Origin: an uncultured Alphaproteobacteria bacterium
GTDB taxonomy: Bacteria; Pseudomonadota; Alphaproteobacteria; RF32; CAG-239
DNA: 64,000 nt
Assembly (NCBI GenBank): GCA_944390895.1
Contig: CALXRQ010000005.1
Location: forward strand, 983 to 64,982
Direction: 5' to 3'
The notes under the pieces are model-generated. The model was not told where the DNA came from and did no database searches. It worked only from the letters and a program-made list of their open reading frames with translations. Position numbers and translations under genes: made by a program. Shown piece after piece: positions 9,048-19,437 of the stretch (positions are counted from its first letter, which is position 1; every line of letters starts with the position of its first letter).

Positions 9048-10805
9048 ATGTCTTACGATATATTATTTCAGCAGGCTCTGACCGCGCATCAGGCCGGACG
9101 CTTTGACGAGGCGGAACATCTCTATCGCCAGATTCTGGAAACGGCGCCCGAACATCCGGACATTCTTAACCTTTTGGGGTTAATCGCTCAGGAAAAAGGC
9201 GTCCATAACGAAGCCGTTGAACTTTTCTACAAAGCCATTCAAAAAGCTCCTAAGCATGCTCCGTTTTATTTCAATCTGAGCTTTTCTCTTGATGCTTCGG
9301 GACACCCCGTCGAAGCGCTTGAAAACCTGCAAAAGGCCATAGATCTGGATCCCGACGTCAAAGAGTTCTACAACCAGACCGGCATCATCCAATACAAATC
9401 CGGCCATGTCAAGGAAGCGCAGGAAGCCTTTCTCAAAGCCGTCAGCCTCGATCCTGACTACAGCGAAGCCAAAAGCCATCTGGCCATGACCTACTTTGCA
9501 AGCGACCGAGCCAAAGCTGTTTCTTTTCTGGAAAACATTTCCGCGCAATATAAAGAAGAAGCGCTCAGCCGTTACTTTCTGAGCACCATTTTCTTTGACG
9601 AACGGCGCTTTGACGAAGCCGAAAGATACGCCCGGGAAGCAGAAAAAATCACGCCGTCCTCCGACGAAATAAAAACCGTGCTCGGATTGATAGCCGCCCA
9701 AAAAGGAAACGTTGACGACGCCAGACTGTATTTTTCTCAGGCTGTCAACCTGAACTCGACTAACGTTCAGGCGCTGGTCAATCTGGCCAACATCGAAACC
9801 AATGACAAAAATTTTGAAGAAGCCGAAAAACATTACAAACGCGCCGCCGTTTTCGCCCCCGAAAGTCTGGATGTTCACCTGAATTACGCCAATATGCTCT
9901 ATCTTGCGGACCGAACCGCCGAGGCTCTGGAAGAATATCGCAAAGCCGTAATCATTAACCCCGCTTCTTCCGAAACCAGCAACAACATCGGCATTATCTT
10001 AAAAGACCTTAAAGAATATGAAGAAGCTCTGGCTCTGATGTTTAACGCCTTTTACATGGAACCCGAACGGGAAGAATATGCAGTAAACATTGCCGAAACG
10101 CTGGTCTTGTTCAGCCGCAGCGAACATGAAAAAGCACTGAATGCCGCCCAAAACTGGGCAACGCACGCTCCCGACAACGTTTTCGCCAAACACACGCTGG
10201 CCGCTCTCAAAGGAGAAAACATTGAAGATTCTGAAGTTTATAGCGAAAAGCTGTTTGACAATTTTGCTGGTAATTATGAGCTGGTTCTTAAGAAGATTGC
10301 TTACAGCCTTCCACAGCGCATTAGAGAGCTTGCGGGAAATGCTGCGGGTACCGTTATCGATTTGGGCTGCGGTTCGGGACTGGTGGGACAAGCGCTCAAA
10401 AACCCGCAAAACCAAATAATCGGCGTCGACATTTCTCAAAATATGCTCAATCTTGCCGCCGAAAAGAAAGTCTATGCCAAACTAATCAAAAGCGGCATTC
10501 TTGAGTTTATGCAGACCAAACCTCAGGCCGACCTGATTGTAGCCGCTGACGTCTTCGGCTATCTCGGCGCACTGGAAAACATCATTGCCGCGCTGAAAGG
10601 ATATAATATCTGCTTTTCGATCGAGCTGCTTTCCGACCGTCCGGGATATCAGATTTCAGACAACGGGCGTTATCGCCACAATCCGCAATATGTCGAAAAA
10701 CTCCTGCAAGACAACGGCTTTTCGCAAATCAGCAAATATGAAACCGTTTTGAGACAGGAAAACGGCGAAGACGTCAAAGGCCTGATTTATTATGCCAAAC
10801 CCTGA
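9048..10805 (+). CDS. TPR-repeat protein fused to C-terminal class I SAM-dependent methyltransferase
   Basis: AGGAG RBS before the ATG at 9048. Multiple TPR-like 34-aa repeats. C-terminal VIDLGCGSGLVG is SAM motif I. Confidence 0.8.
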   Translation: MSYDILFQQALTAHQAGRFDEAEHLYRQILETAPEHPDILNLLGLIAQEKGVHNEAVELFYKAIQKAPKHAPFYFNLSFSLDASGHPVEALENLQKAIDLDPDVKEFYNQTGIIQYKSGHVKEAQEAFLKAVSLDPDYSEAKSHLAMTYFASDRAKAVSFLENISAQYKEEALSRYFLSTIFFDERRFDEAERYAREAEKITPSSDEIKTVLGLIAAQKGNVDDARLYFSQAVNLNSTNVQALVNLANIETNDKNFEEAEKHYKRAAVFAPESLDVHLNYANMLYLADRTAEALEEYRKAVIINPASSETSNNIGIILKDLKEYEEALALMFNAFYMEPEREEYAVNIAETLVLFSRSEHEKALNAAQNWATHAPDNVFAKHTLAALKGENIEDSEVYSEKLFDNFAGNYELVLKKIAYSLPQRIRELAGNAAGTVIDLGCGSGLVGQALKNPQNQIIGVDISQNMLNLAAEKKVYAKLIKSGILEFMQTKPQADLIVAADVFGYLGALENIIAALKGYNICFSIELLSDRPGYQISDNGRYRHNPQYVEKLLQDNGFSQISKYETVLRQENGEDVKGLIYYAKP

Positions 10806-11244
10806 TTACGTCATTGAACGGCTCTCATCAAACTCTTACGGTGAACTTATTGAAATATGGGAAGCCTCCGTTCGCGCTACCCATCTGTTTCTTACGGAAA
10901 AAGACATTGCTTTTTACAAACCCCTGATTTTGAAATACGCCCTGCCCGGCATCAAAACATACGGAATCAAAAACAACAATGCGCTCCTCGGTTTTATGGG
11001 TGTATCCGAAAATAAAGTGGAAATGCTTTTTCTGCGACCGGACTGCCGCGGCCGGGGTCTGGGACGAAAACTGCTCTCCTTTGCGCTTAACGAGCTGAAA
11101 ATTCGCAATATAGATGTTAACGAGGAAAATCCCGACGCGCTGGGGTTTTATCTGCATTTAGGATACGAAGTCGTCTCCCGCGACGAGCTGGACGGCAACG
11201 GCAAACCGCACCCGATTTTACGCCTGCAACACCGCACCGGCTGA
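10792..11244 (+). CDS. GNAT family N-acetyltransferase
   Basis: 150 aa. RGRGLGRKLL acetyl-CoA-binding motif. 14-nt overlap with the upstream gene. Confidence 0.8.
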   Translation: MPNPDYVIERLSSNSYGELIEIWEASVRATHLFLTEKDIAFYKPLILKYALPGIKTYGIKNNNALLGFMGVSENKVEMLFLRPDCRGRGLGRKLLSFALNELKIRNIDVNEENPDALGFYLHLGYEVVSRDELDGNGKPHPILRLQHRTG

Positions 11245-11349
11245 CTGTCTGAAAACAATACCCATATACATTCTGTCAGGAAAGTTTCTGTTGCAGATTT
11301 TATGAATTGTGTTAAAACTGATTATAGTAATGACAAAAGGAGAACTGCC

Positions 11350-11997
11350 ATGAGCGATGAACTGATTGATATTTATGACGGCAATATGAATCACCTTGGA
11401 ACGGCACCGCGCTCGCAGGCGCACCGCGAAGGACTGTGGCATAAGGCTTTTCACTGCTGGATTGTTAAACGCGCTTCCGACGGTCGTCACCGGGTTCTTC
11501 TGCAGCTCCGCAGCAAAAACAAAGATACGCACCCGAGCCTGCTCGACATCTCCGCCGCCGGCCATCTCAAAGCCGGAGAACAGCCCAGAGACGGCATCAA
11601 AAATATTGAAGAAGAACTGGGCATAAAAGTGGACTTTGACAAACTGAACAAACTTTTCACCATCAACCATGTCTTTGAACGCAACGGATACATCAATCAT
11701 GAGTTCAATCCAACTTATCTTCTGGAAACCGACAAAAACCTGTCCGAACTCAGCATGAATCCCAATGAGGTCGACGGAGTTTTGGAAGCGACCATAGACG
11801 ACTTGCGCAATCTTTTCAGCCACAAAGTTGATTATATATACGTTTCGGGTTTGCTGCTGGACGAATACGAAAACTATGTTCCGCACACCGGTTCCGTTTC
11901 CGTCAGCGATTTTGTCCCGCACGAAGACAGCTATTATGTCAAAGTAATGGACACCGTCAGACGCTATTTTGACAATCCGCAGAAACTAGCCGTCTAA
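11350..11997 (+). CDS. NUDIX hydrolase
   Basis: AAAGGAGA RBS with start at MSDELIDIY. Nudix box GHLKAGEQPRDGIKNIEEELG. Confidence 0.8.
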   Translation: MSDELIDIYDGNMNHLGTAPRSQAHREGLWHKAFHCWIVKRASDGRHRVLLQLRSKNKDTHPSLLDISAAGHLKAGEQPRDGIKNIEEELGIKVDFDKLNKLFTINHVFERNGYINHEFNPTYLLETDKNLSELSMNPNEVDGVLEATIDDLRNLFSHKVDYIYVSGLLLDEYENYVPHTGSVSVSDFVPHEDSYYVKVMDTVRRYFDNPQKLAV

Positions 11998-12516
11998 TTT
12001 TTTCAGGATTTCTGCAATCGCCTTTTCGCCGCTGCACAGATTTTTCTCCGCATATGCGCTGAACTCGGGAACCAGCTTTTCCGGGCTGCGTTGTGTCATA
12101 TCATAATATCTTGCCTGCAAAACCGCCTCAATCCGGTCCAGATCTTTCACAAAACGCGCTTCCGGCGTTTCAAGCGCTTCAAATTCTTCAAACAACGCCT
12201 TCAATTCGGGAAAGTTGAGCTTTTCAGCCAAAAGTCCGACCGCCGCGCGTTCTCTGCGGCTTTTTTCTTCCCGGCCGATTCCGTCCGCCGGCGTAATGTC
12301 TCCGACAATGCTTTCCTGCAAGTCATGAACAATCGCCAACTGCAGACACTTGTGCCCGTCAAGGCCTTCCGGTGTCAGCAATACGGCCAGCAAAGCCACA
12401 CCCCAGCTGTGATCAGCAACACTTTCCGGCGCCGAAACCTTTTTCATAACCCAACCCGAACGTTTCAGATCTTTCAGCTTTCCCAACAGTTCAATCACGG
12501 CGGCGGTCTCAATCAC
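11986..12516 (-). CDS. HD-domain phosphohydrolase (YfbR/HDDC2-like 5'-deoxynucleotidase)
   Basis: LKRSGW...ESVADHSWG...HDLQESIVGDITP motifs. Start reassigned to GTG 12516 (GGAGG 7 nt upstream), overlapping the upstream TGA as GTGA. Confidence 0.75.
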   Translation of the reverse strand: MIETAAVIELLGKLKDLKRSGWVMKKVSAPESVADHSWGVALLAVLLTPEGLDGHKCLQLAIVHDLQESIVGDITPADGIGREEKSRRERAAVGLLAEKLNFPELKALFEEFEALETPEARFVKDLDRIEAVLQARYYDMTQRSPEKLVPEFSAYAEKNLCSGEKAIAEILKKLDG

Positions 12517-13160
12517 AGTTTTTCCTCCAGTTCTTTCAGAAAAATCAGCGTATCTATCGGTGAAGACACTTTTAAAACCGGTAAACCGCATTCGCAACAG
12601 CGGCTGATATTCGCCGGACTGTCGTCAATTAACAGACACTCCTCGTAGTCAATACCGTTTTTGCGGAGATATCCCTCAAAAAACAACAGCTTTCCGCTAT
12701 CCGTATCCCTTTTCAGAAACCCGACCGTATCTGAAGACAGGATATCGTCAAAATGCCGTTCCAAAGACAAAGCCGGAATGGTATAGCGGCAAAAGATGTC
12801 CCAATTGTCTGTTGCCAACACTACTTTCACGCCGCGTTTTCTTATTTTGGCAATAACCTCCCAGATTTCCTCATTGTCCACGTTCTGGTGTTTGCAGCAA
12901 TCGGCAAAAATATCCAAGACCTCCTGCTTGGAAAGCAAACCGTCACGGGCAATAATTTCCGCAACCTCTTCTTGTCCGATTTTTCCCCGCGCCCATTCCA
13001 AATGCCAGCCGGTCGGGCTCTGGTCAAAAATCTTCTGGTCTATCCGGGAAAAAAGCTGCGGATCGTCCTGCCGCAGTTTATGCAAAAAAGCTCTGGATGT
13101 CAGGGTGTTAAACCAATCTATAAAAAGCACCTTAAGCTTGCTAATATTCATCTCTGTCAC
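12513..13160 (-). CDS. HAD-like hydrolase fold protein, atypical motif I (paralog A)
   Basis: FIDWFNTL (motif I-like), ATDN, LLIDDS (motif IV-like). Clear paralog of 13141..13803. The start could also be 13151. Confidence 0.6.
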   Translation of the reverse strand: MTEMNISKLKVLFIDWFNTLTSRAFLHKLRQDDPQLFSRIDQKIFDQSPTGWHLEWARGKIGQEEVAEIIARDGLLSKQEVLDIFADCCKHQNVDNEEIWEVIAKIRKRGVKVVLATDNWDIFCRYTIPALSLERHFDDILSSDTVGFLKRDTDSGKLLFFEGYLRKNGIDYEECLLIDDSPANISRCCECGLPVLKVSSPIDTLIFLKELEEKL

Positions 13161-13803
13161 AACTGGTCTCTATCATCATCAGCATTTTCAGCACATCTTC
13201 CGGTGACCTGATCAGCTTTGCCTGCATACCGTACTTTTTGCACAAATCCGTCGTCTCGCGGCTGTCGTCCAGCAAGATGGCTTCTTCATACTTTATATTG
13301 TGCTTTCTTAAAAAATCGTCAAAAAATAACAATTTTCCGTCTGCCGTATCCGTTTTGAGACACTTCAGTTCGGAAGAACACAAAATATCGTCAAAATGCC
13401 GTCGCAGCTTTAATGCCGGAACCGTATATTCGGCAAAAACGTCTACATTATCCGTGGCAATAACCGCCATTTTTCCTTTTTTGCGGATTTTTCTGATCCA
13501 TTTCAAAAAATCCCGCCTGTCCAAAAACATTTTCTCGCAGCCGTTTTTCAGCACCTCAAACACTTTCTCCGGCGCCAGATCGTCCCCGGCCAGATAATGC
13601 ACAATTTCTCGGCAGCTGATCTTTCCGCGCATCCAGTCAATAAATCCCTCTATCGGCATTTCATCAAACAGACGGCTGTCAAGCTTATGAAACAGAGCTT
13701 CGTCGACATCATGCAATTCATGAAAAAAAACGCATGAACACAATGTCTTGTGCCAATCAATAAAAACAACCTTCAACCGTTTCAGACGCTTAAACTCCCG
13801 CAT
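13141..13803 (-). CDS. HAD-like hydrolase fold protein, atypical motif I (paralog B)
   Basis: FIDWHKTL, ATDN and ILLDDS motifs. Alignable along its whole length with paralog A. Confidence 0.6.
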   Translation of the reverse strand: MREFKRLKRLKVVFIDWHKTLCSCVFFHELHDVDEALFHKLDSRLFDEMPIEGFIDWMRGKISCREIVHYLAGDDLAPEKVFEVLKNGCEKMFLDRRDFLKWIRKIRKKGKMAVIATDNVDVFAEYTVPALKLRRHFDDILCSSELKCLKTDTADGKLLFFDDFLRKHNIKYEEAILLDDSRETTDLCKKYGMQAKLIRSPEDVLKMLMMIETSCDRDEY

Positions 13804-13809
13804 TTGCCC

Positions 13810-15144
13810 CTACTCGTTGGATATGGAAAGTTCTCTCACAAAAACCGTCGGCGCGCCGAAAGCAGACGGATTGAACGCCAAATCGCCGCCGATTGCCTCA
13901 ATCTCATTCCACAGTCGGTAAACGTTGCCGGAAACCGTAATCTGATTCAACGCTCTTCCTAATTTTCCGCCTTTGATTTCAAAGGCCTCCGCGCCAAAGG
14001 AAAAATCGCCGGAAACAGAAGAATAACCGGCATGCATGCCGTTCAGGCCGACGATATAAACACCGTCCCCGGCCTGTGCCAACACTTCGTCGCGGCTCAG
14101 CATCCCCGGCATAACATAAAAGTTGGAAAAAGAGATTCCCCGATTGCCGCTTCCGCTGCCGTTGCCCGTAGAACTGACGCCGTCTTTGTGAGCCGTTCTC
14201 AAGTTATAAAGATAAGTATTTAATATTCCGTCTTTTATTACCTCATTCAATCGGCAGGGATAACCTTCGCCGTCAAAACTGCGACTGTTATACCCGCCGT
14301 CCAGCAACGGATTATCAACCAGATTGACAAAGCCAGAGGCTATTTTCTGTCCCAGTTTTCCGACCAGTTTGGAACGCTTTTCCTGTACGCTGTTGGCAGA
14401 AAAGATACCGGCCGTCGTTTCCAGAAAATCGGCAAACGCCTTGTTTTCAAACACAATTTTTCTGTTTCCGGACTTAATGTTCGTCGGATTAAGCTTGTCC
14501 AGGGCTTTTTGCGCCGCCTTGGCCGCCACGCCGGCCGGATTAAAGTCTTCTTCCTTGTCAAAAAAGACAATCTCACTGCCGGTCCTGGTTACGCCGCCGC
14601 TCTCCGCGCTCAAATACAAATAAGCATAGGCGCGGTTCTCTTTCTCAGACAAATCAAGCCCGTGCGAATTTTTCATAAACCTTTTACTCTCGCCTTCTCC
14701 CAAAAAGGTACTGATAACCTTCTTAATGCGCTTGTCGTAGGCATAAGCGGCTTTTTCAAGCTCCAGCACATATTTTTCTTTATCCAGTTTCGCATATAAC
14801 GCACTGACAGGAGCTGATTTTTTCACTTTTTGATATGATCCGCTGCCGTCATGAAAGAAGTTTTCCTCATCCCCGCTGATTAAAAGCGCATTTGCCTCCG
14901 CCTGCTCTATAATCAGCGGAATATTGCGTTCCTCCAGCTCGCCGCAGTCAAATGACCCGATATTTTTTCCCTTTTTCACGGAAAAGGTTATTCCTTGGTT
15001 TTCCGTAAAGGAACGCTTATCAATCTTGCCGTCAAGCGCGCGCAGGCCAAAACTGCTGTGGTAACCGTAATCTATCTGGAACTCTCCCGCTTTTTGCTGA
15101 AGGCCGGCTGCATAAAGTTTCTCCACAAATTTCTCGGCATCCAT
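13810..15144 (-). CDS. pmbA: metalloprotease PmbA/TldE
   Basis: PmbA_TldD family features. Start at MDAEKF (15144) overlaps the tldD stop (TAATG). The longer listed ORF would run into tldD. Confidence 0.85.
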   Translation of the reverse strand: MDAEKFVEKLYAAGLQQKAGEFQIDYGYHSSFGLRALDGKIDKRSFTENQGITFSVKKGKNIGSFDCGELEERNIPLIIEQAEANALLISGDEENFFHDGSGSYQKVKKSAPVSALYAKLDKEKYVLELEKAAYAYDKRIKKVISTFLGEGESKRFMKNSHGLDLSEKENRAYAYLYLSAESGGVTRTGSEIVFFDKEEDFNPAGVAAKAAQKALDKLNPTNIKSGNRKIVFENKAFADFLETTAGIFSANSVQEKRSKLVGKLGQKIASGFVNLVDNPLLDGGYNSRSFDGEGYPCRLNEVIKDGILNTYLYNLRTAHKDGVSSTGNGSGSGNRGISFSNFYVMPGMLSRDEVLAQAGDGVYIVGLNGMHAGYSSVSGDFSFGAEAFEIKGGKLGRALNQITVSGNVYRLWNEIEAIGGDLAFNPSAFGAPTVFVRELSISNE

Positions 15145-16526
15145 TATCTTTGTCCCCCTACCGTAATGTTTCTGACTCTGACTGCCGGTTCGCCAACTGT
15201 CGTCGGAATACTCCCGGAAGAAGCGCCGCACATGCCGCAGGCTAAATCCATATCATTGCCGACCATGTCAATCTGCTGCAGGACTTCTATTCCCGAACCG
15301 ATTAATTTTGCGCCTTTAACTTGTTGTTTTATCTTTCCTTTTTCAACGATAAAAGCCTTGTCGACACTAAAGTTGAACTCACCGCTGGCCGTATTGACCG
15401 AGCCGCCGCTCATTTTTTGCGCAAACAGGCCGTATTCGGTATTGGCAATCATTTCTTCCAATGTGGAATTCCCGTTGGCAATAAAAGTGTTGCTCATCCG
15501 CGATGTCGGCGCAAACTTGTAATTTTGCCGCCGGGCACAGCCGTTCGGTTCCATCTCCATTCGCCGGCCGTTAAGGCGGTCGACCATATAACCTTTCAAA
15601 ATTCCGTTTTCAATCAAAAGTTTACGCTGGGTTTTAACCCCTTCGTCGTCAATATTAATTGATCCCCATGCGTTGGGAATGGTCGCGTCGTCATAAGCGG
15701 TTACCAACTCGCTTGCCACTTTCTGCCCCAGCTTTCCGGCAAAAACCGAAGCATTTTTGGCAACCGCCTCAGCCTCAAGCCCGTGACCGCAGGCCTCGTG
15801 AAAAATAACACCGCCGAAACCGTTGCCGATAATCACGTCCATTTTTCCCGACGGACAATCTTCTGCGCTCAGTTTGGAAACCGCATCTTCGGCCACTTTT
15901 TCCGCAAATTCGCGATGATCATATTTGTCAAACAGCTCCAAACCGTACAAACCGCCAAAGTTATTGCCGGCGCTTTCGCTCAAATTGTCCTTGGCCGCAA
16001 TGGCTGAAAGCGAAAAACGATTGCGAAAAAGCGTGTCTTCCGCCCATACGCCCAAGGTATTGGCCACCAAAGTATGGCGCTTCTTTTCCAGATAAGTTGC
16101 ATCAACCCGGCTGATAAGCGGACTGCTTTCATAAGCATAGCAACTGATTTTTTTCATCAGATCTGCTTTATCCGATTTGTTAAGTTCCTCAAATTTCTTA
16201 TTGATTTTATGTATATTTTCAATTTCGACATCCACAAAATCAAACACAATATCCCGTTTATGGGCCAAAATTCCCCGCGCCGCTTTCTGCGCCGTCCGAA
16301 GCAGGCTCTCCCGATCTGAAAGATTGGTATAGGCATAAACCGAATTAACGCCGCTGAAAATGCGGATACCCACGCCGAAAACCAATCCCGACGTACTCTG
16401 TTTCACCTTATGCTCCGCCGTTTGCAGCGTTGAGGCGAAAGAATTCTCAACAAACACCTCCGCATAATCGCCGCCGGTTGACAAAGCCTCGTTCAAAATG
16501 TCTTTCACCAGATTTCTATCAAGCAA
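15144..16526 (-). CDS. tldD: metalloprotease TldD
   Basis: 460 aa. HEACGHGLE zinc motif. Paired with pmbA. Confidence 0.9.
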   Translation of the reverse strand: MLDRNLVKDILNEALSTGGDYAEVFVENSFASTLQTAEHKVKQSTSGLVFGVGIRIFSGVNSVYAYTNLSDRESLLRTAQKAARGILAHKRDIVFDFVDVEIENIHKINKKFEELNKSDKADLMKKISCYAYESSPLISRVDATYLEKKRHTLVANTLGVWAEDTLFRNRFSLSAIAAKDNLSESAGNNFGGLYGLELFDKYDHREFAEKVAEDAVSKLSAEDCPSGKMDVIIGNGFGGVIFHEACGHGLEAEAVAKNASVFAGKLGQKVASELVTAYDDATIPNAWGSINIDDEGVKTQRKLLIENGILKGYMVDRLNGRRMEMEPNGCARRQNYKFAPTSRMSNTFIANGNSTLEEMIANTEYGLFAQKMSGGSVNTASGEFNFSVDKAFIVEKGKIKQQVKGAKLIGSGIEVLQQIDMVGNDMDLACGMCGASSGSIPTTVGEPAVRVRNITVGGQR

Positions 16527-16538
16527 AATATCATCTCC

Positions 16539-17231
16539 TTACAAAGCGTTAAGCAGTTTTTTTAATATTTTGAACGATCTTTGGGCCATTTCTCCCCAAA
16601 AATCCGCATACTCCTGAAAATTATCATTGTTACGCAACGGATTGTCACTGATTATTCTCAGGCTGACAAACGGAACTTTTTTCATATAACAAACCTGAGC
16701 CGCCGCGCATGATTCCATGTCAACCGCCAGCCCGTCGGAAAAGTTCCGGCGGATTTCCAAAGCCTCGTCAACCCCGGAAACAAACTTGTCTCCGCTGCAA
16801 ATCAAACCTTTGTGAACCACAATACCTTCGTTTTCGCCCTCCGCAATCAGTTCCAGCAGCTTTTTGTCCGAAGCAAACCGCGGCGGAAACCCCTGCACCT
16901 GTCCGTAAAGATTAGGCTCCAAACACCAAACGTCATTGTAAACCGTCTCCGTACTTACCACAATGTCCATCTTTGACACCTGATCGCCGATACCGCCGGC
17001 AACGCCGGAATTAATCACGCAGTCCGGCATAAATTCACGAATAAGTTCGGCTGTTTTCACGGCCGCGCAAACTTTGCCGATACCGCTTTCCATCAATATA
17101 ATCTCTTTATTGCCCAATTGCCCCGTAATAAAATCAATTTCTTCTCTTTTTTCTTCTTTTACATCATTAAGAATTGACTTTATCATATTGATTTCGCTGT
17201 TCATTGCTGCAATTATGCCAATTTTTTTCAT
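16539..17231 (-). CDS. mtnN: 5'-methylthioadenosine/S-adenosylhomocysteine nucleosidase
   Basis: 230 aa. MKKIGIIAAM...GIGKV...VDMES PNP/UDP-phosphorylase pattern typical of Pfs. Confidence 0.85.
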   Translation of the reverse strand: MKKIGIIAAMNSEINMIKSILNDVKEEKREEIDFITGQLGNKEIILMESGIGKVCAAVKTAELIREFMPDCVINSGVAGGIGDQVSKMDIVVSTETVYNDVWCLEPNLYGQVQGFPPRFASDKKLLELIAEGENEGIVVHKGLICSGDKFVSGVDEALEIRRNFSDGLAVDMESCAAAQVCYMKKVPFVSLRIISDNPLRNNDNFQEYADFWGEMAQRSFKILKKLLNAL

Positions 17232-17266
17232 TTATTTTTCCTCAAGATTTTACAAATCTTCTGCAT

Positions 17267-17602
17267 TTATATTCTCTTCCACACCCTTTGCCTGTTGATT
17301 TCTTCTTTTTCGCGAAAGGCTTCTTCCAAATCAATGCCGTGCATATTGGCAATGCTGCACAGATAAATCAGCACGTCGGCCAACTCCAGCTTAACGTTTC
17401 CCGGCTCAGAACCGCTGCCGATGCTTCCGCCTTTGGTATGTTTTCGCACGGCTGAAATTAATTCTCCGGTTTCTTCGGCCAACAGACAGCATTCATAAAT
17501 CGGATCCTGCCGGAAACCCCGGGCAATTTTCATCTCCCGAACATATTGCTGAAAATCCTGAATAGTAGGATTTTCTTTCAGAATCAGTTCATTATCAGAC
17601 AT
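17267..17602 (-). CDS. MazG-like nucleotide pyrophosphohydrolase
   Basis: Start at MSDNEL (17602) has an 8-nt overlap with the pip stop. EETGEL...ELADVLIYL motifs. Confidence 0.75.
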   Translation of the reverse strand: MSDNELILKENPTIQDFQQYVREMKIARGFRQDPIYECCLLAEETGELISAVRKHTKGGSIGSGSEPGNVKLELADVLIYLCSIANMHGIDLEEAFREKEEINRQRVWKRI

Positions 17603-18527
17603 TTTTAAGGAACTCCGCCATTTCTTTCTTATTAACCGCCGACAACATTTTACTGCTGTGTCCTTTATCCGGCACAATAACCAGCTTTGAATTCTGCATC
17701 GCTTTATGAAGCTTATAGGCATTGGACGGCGGACACACAAAATCCAGCCGGTTATGGACAATCAGAGTCGGAATATGGTGTATTTTGCCGATGTTGTCCA
17801 TAATCTCGTCTTCGGCAAGCATAAATTCTTCCGCCGAATAATGCATATAAATCCGGTTTGCCGCCAGACTTCTTTCATCGGCCTCCAAAATTTCGATTTT
17901 CGGATTAAGCCGTCCCAATTGTCTTTCATAACTTCCATACAGAGAAACCGCCTTGCTCTGCAACGCTTTGTCGCCGGAATTTATCATTTTGTCATAATAT
18001 CCGGGAATTTGTGAATTGTCCGGCAAATCGCCTTTTATCGCGTCCAGAATATCCGGATAAAAACGGCCGCTGCCTTTCAGTTCCCATTCCCGGCAGTCCC
18101 TGTCAGCCAGAAAAATTTTGGACAGCAACAGACATTTGACAATCTCAGGATACTGCTCGGCAAAAAGCAACGCCAGAGTGGAACCCCAAGAACTGCCGTA
18201 TAATATGATTCCGCCTTCGATTTTAAGATAATCCAGCAGCCGCACCGCATCGTCAAGCAAATCCTGCGTCGTATTGTTTTCCGTCGCACCCAAAGGCTTT
18301 GATTTTCCGCCGCCCCTCTGATCAAACATAACCACGCGGTATTTCCGCAAATCAAAATTTTTGGCATTCTCCGCACGCGACCAATAACCGGGACCGCCGT
18401 GAAAGGTTAAAACAACCTCGCCCTGCGGATTTCCATACTCGGCAAAATACACTTGATGTCCGTCAAGCTCCGGCAGATATCCTTCGTTAAACGGTTTGGG
18501 AACAAACCATTTTTTCCAAAAAAGCAT
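17595..18527 (-). CDS. pip: prolyl aminopeptidase (alpha/beta hydrolase)
   Basis: HGGPG oxyanion motif and GSSWGS nucleophile elbow. 310 aa. Confidence 0.85.
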   Translation of the reverse strand: MLFWKKWFVPKPFNEGYLPELDGHQVYFAEYGNPQGEVVLTFHGGPGYWSRAENAKNFDLRKYRVVMFDQRGGGKSKPLGATENNTTQDLLDDAVRLLDYLKIEGGIILYGSSWGSTLALLFAEQYPEIVKCLLLSKIFLADRDCREWELKGSGRFYPDILDAIKGDLPDNSQIPGYYDKMINSGDKALQSKAVSLYGSYERQLGRLNPKIEILEADERSLAANRIYMHYSAEEFMLAEDEIMDNIGKIHHIPTLIVHNRLDFVCPPSNAYKLHKAMQNSKLVIVPDKGHSSKMLSAVNKKEMAEFLKNV

Positions 18528-18644
18528 CTTCTTTTCCTTCGTTTGTAAATGTCTGTTTCAGCGTAAAGCAAATACTGAGAATAAACCAACAAAAAAGTTG
18601 TTTTTTTAACATATATGCCTTTTATTTATAAGCGGAGGGATAAA

Positions 18645-19367
18645 ATGAACAAAACATACCGCAAAATTGCCGTTCTGACCGGCGCCGGCATTTCCGCCGA
18701 ATCAGGACTCGCCACTTTCCGCAGTTCCAACGGATTATGGAACAACCACAAAGTCGAAGACGTCGCCTCAATTGAGGGTTTTGAACGCAACCCGGCTCTG
18801 GTACACGATTTTTACAACGATTTAAAATTTGAGATTCAAAAGGCGAAGCCCAATGCCGCCCATCTGGCCGTTACCCGGCTCCAACGCGAATATCCCGCGG
18901 AAGTAAACGTCATTACCCAAAATGTAGATACCCTGCATGAAAAAGCCGGCTGCAAAAATGTCTATCACATTCACGGACAAATCAATCAGGCCGTCTGCCT
19001 CAACTGCGGACACATTCTGGAAACCTGGGGCGATGTTGATACCGAAACCGTTTGCCCGCACTGCAACATCGCCGGAATGATGAAACCCAACATTGTTTTT
19101 TTCGGCGAAAATCTGCTTTGCATGGATAAGGTTGACACCATTCTTCGTACCTGCGATCTTTTTGTTTCGGTCGGAACTTCCGGCGTTGTGTATCCGGCTG
19201 CCGGTTTTGTGCAGATTGCCAAATATTACGGCGCCGATACCATTGAATTTACCCTGGATATGACGGCCAACAACTATCTTTTCGACCGGCATATCTACGG
19301 CAAAGCCGGCGAAACGCTTCCGCCTTATGTGGAAGAACTGATCAAAAACCTGCCGCCTCAAGCATAG
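18645..19367 (+). CDS. cobB: NAD-dependent protein deacylase (Sir2 family)
   Basis: GGAGGG RBS with start at MNKTYR. GAGISAESG, QNVDTLH and a Zn ribbon (CxxC...CxxC). Confidence 0.9.
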   Translation: MNKTYRKIAVLTGAGISAESGLATFRSSNGLWNNHKVEDVASIEGFERNPALVHDFYNDLKFEIQKAKPNAAHLAVTRLQREYPAEVNVITQNVDTLHEKAGCKNVYHIHGQINQAVCLNCGHILETWGDVDTETVCPHCNIAGMMKPNIVFFGENLLCMDKVDTILRTCDLFVSVGTSGVVYPAAGFVQIAKYYGADTIEFTLDMTANNYLFDRHIYGKAGETLPPYVEELIKNLPPQA

Positions 19368-19402
19368 AAAAAAAGCCGCGGAAACCAATCCGCGGCTTTT
19401 TC
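19368..19402. terminator. bidirectional rho-independent terminator
   Basis: A-run, gccgcgg / ccgcggc stem, T5. Confidence 0.8.
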
Positions 19403-19437
19403 TTCATCTGTTCCGTCCGTTCAATACGGCAGCTTGG

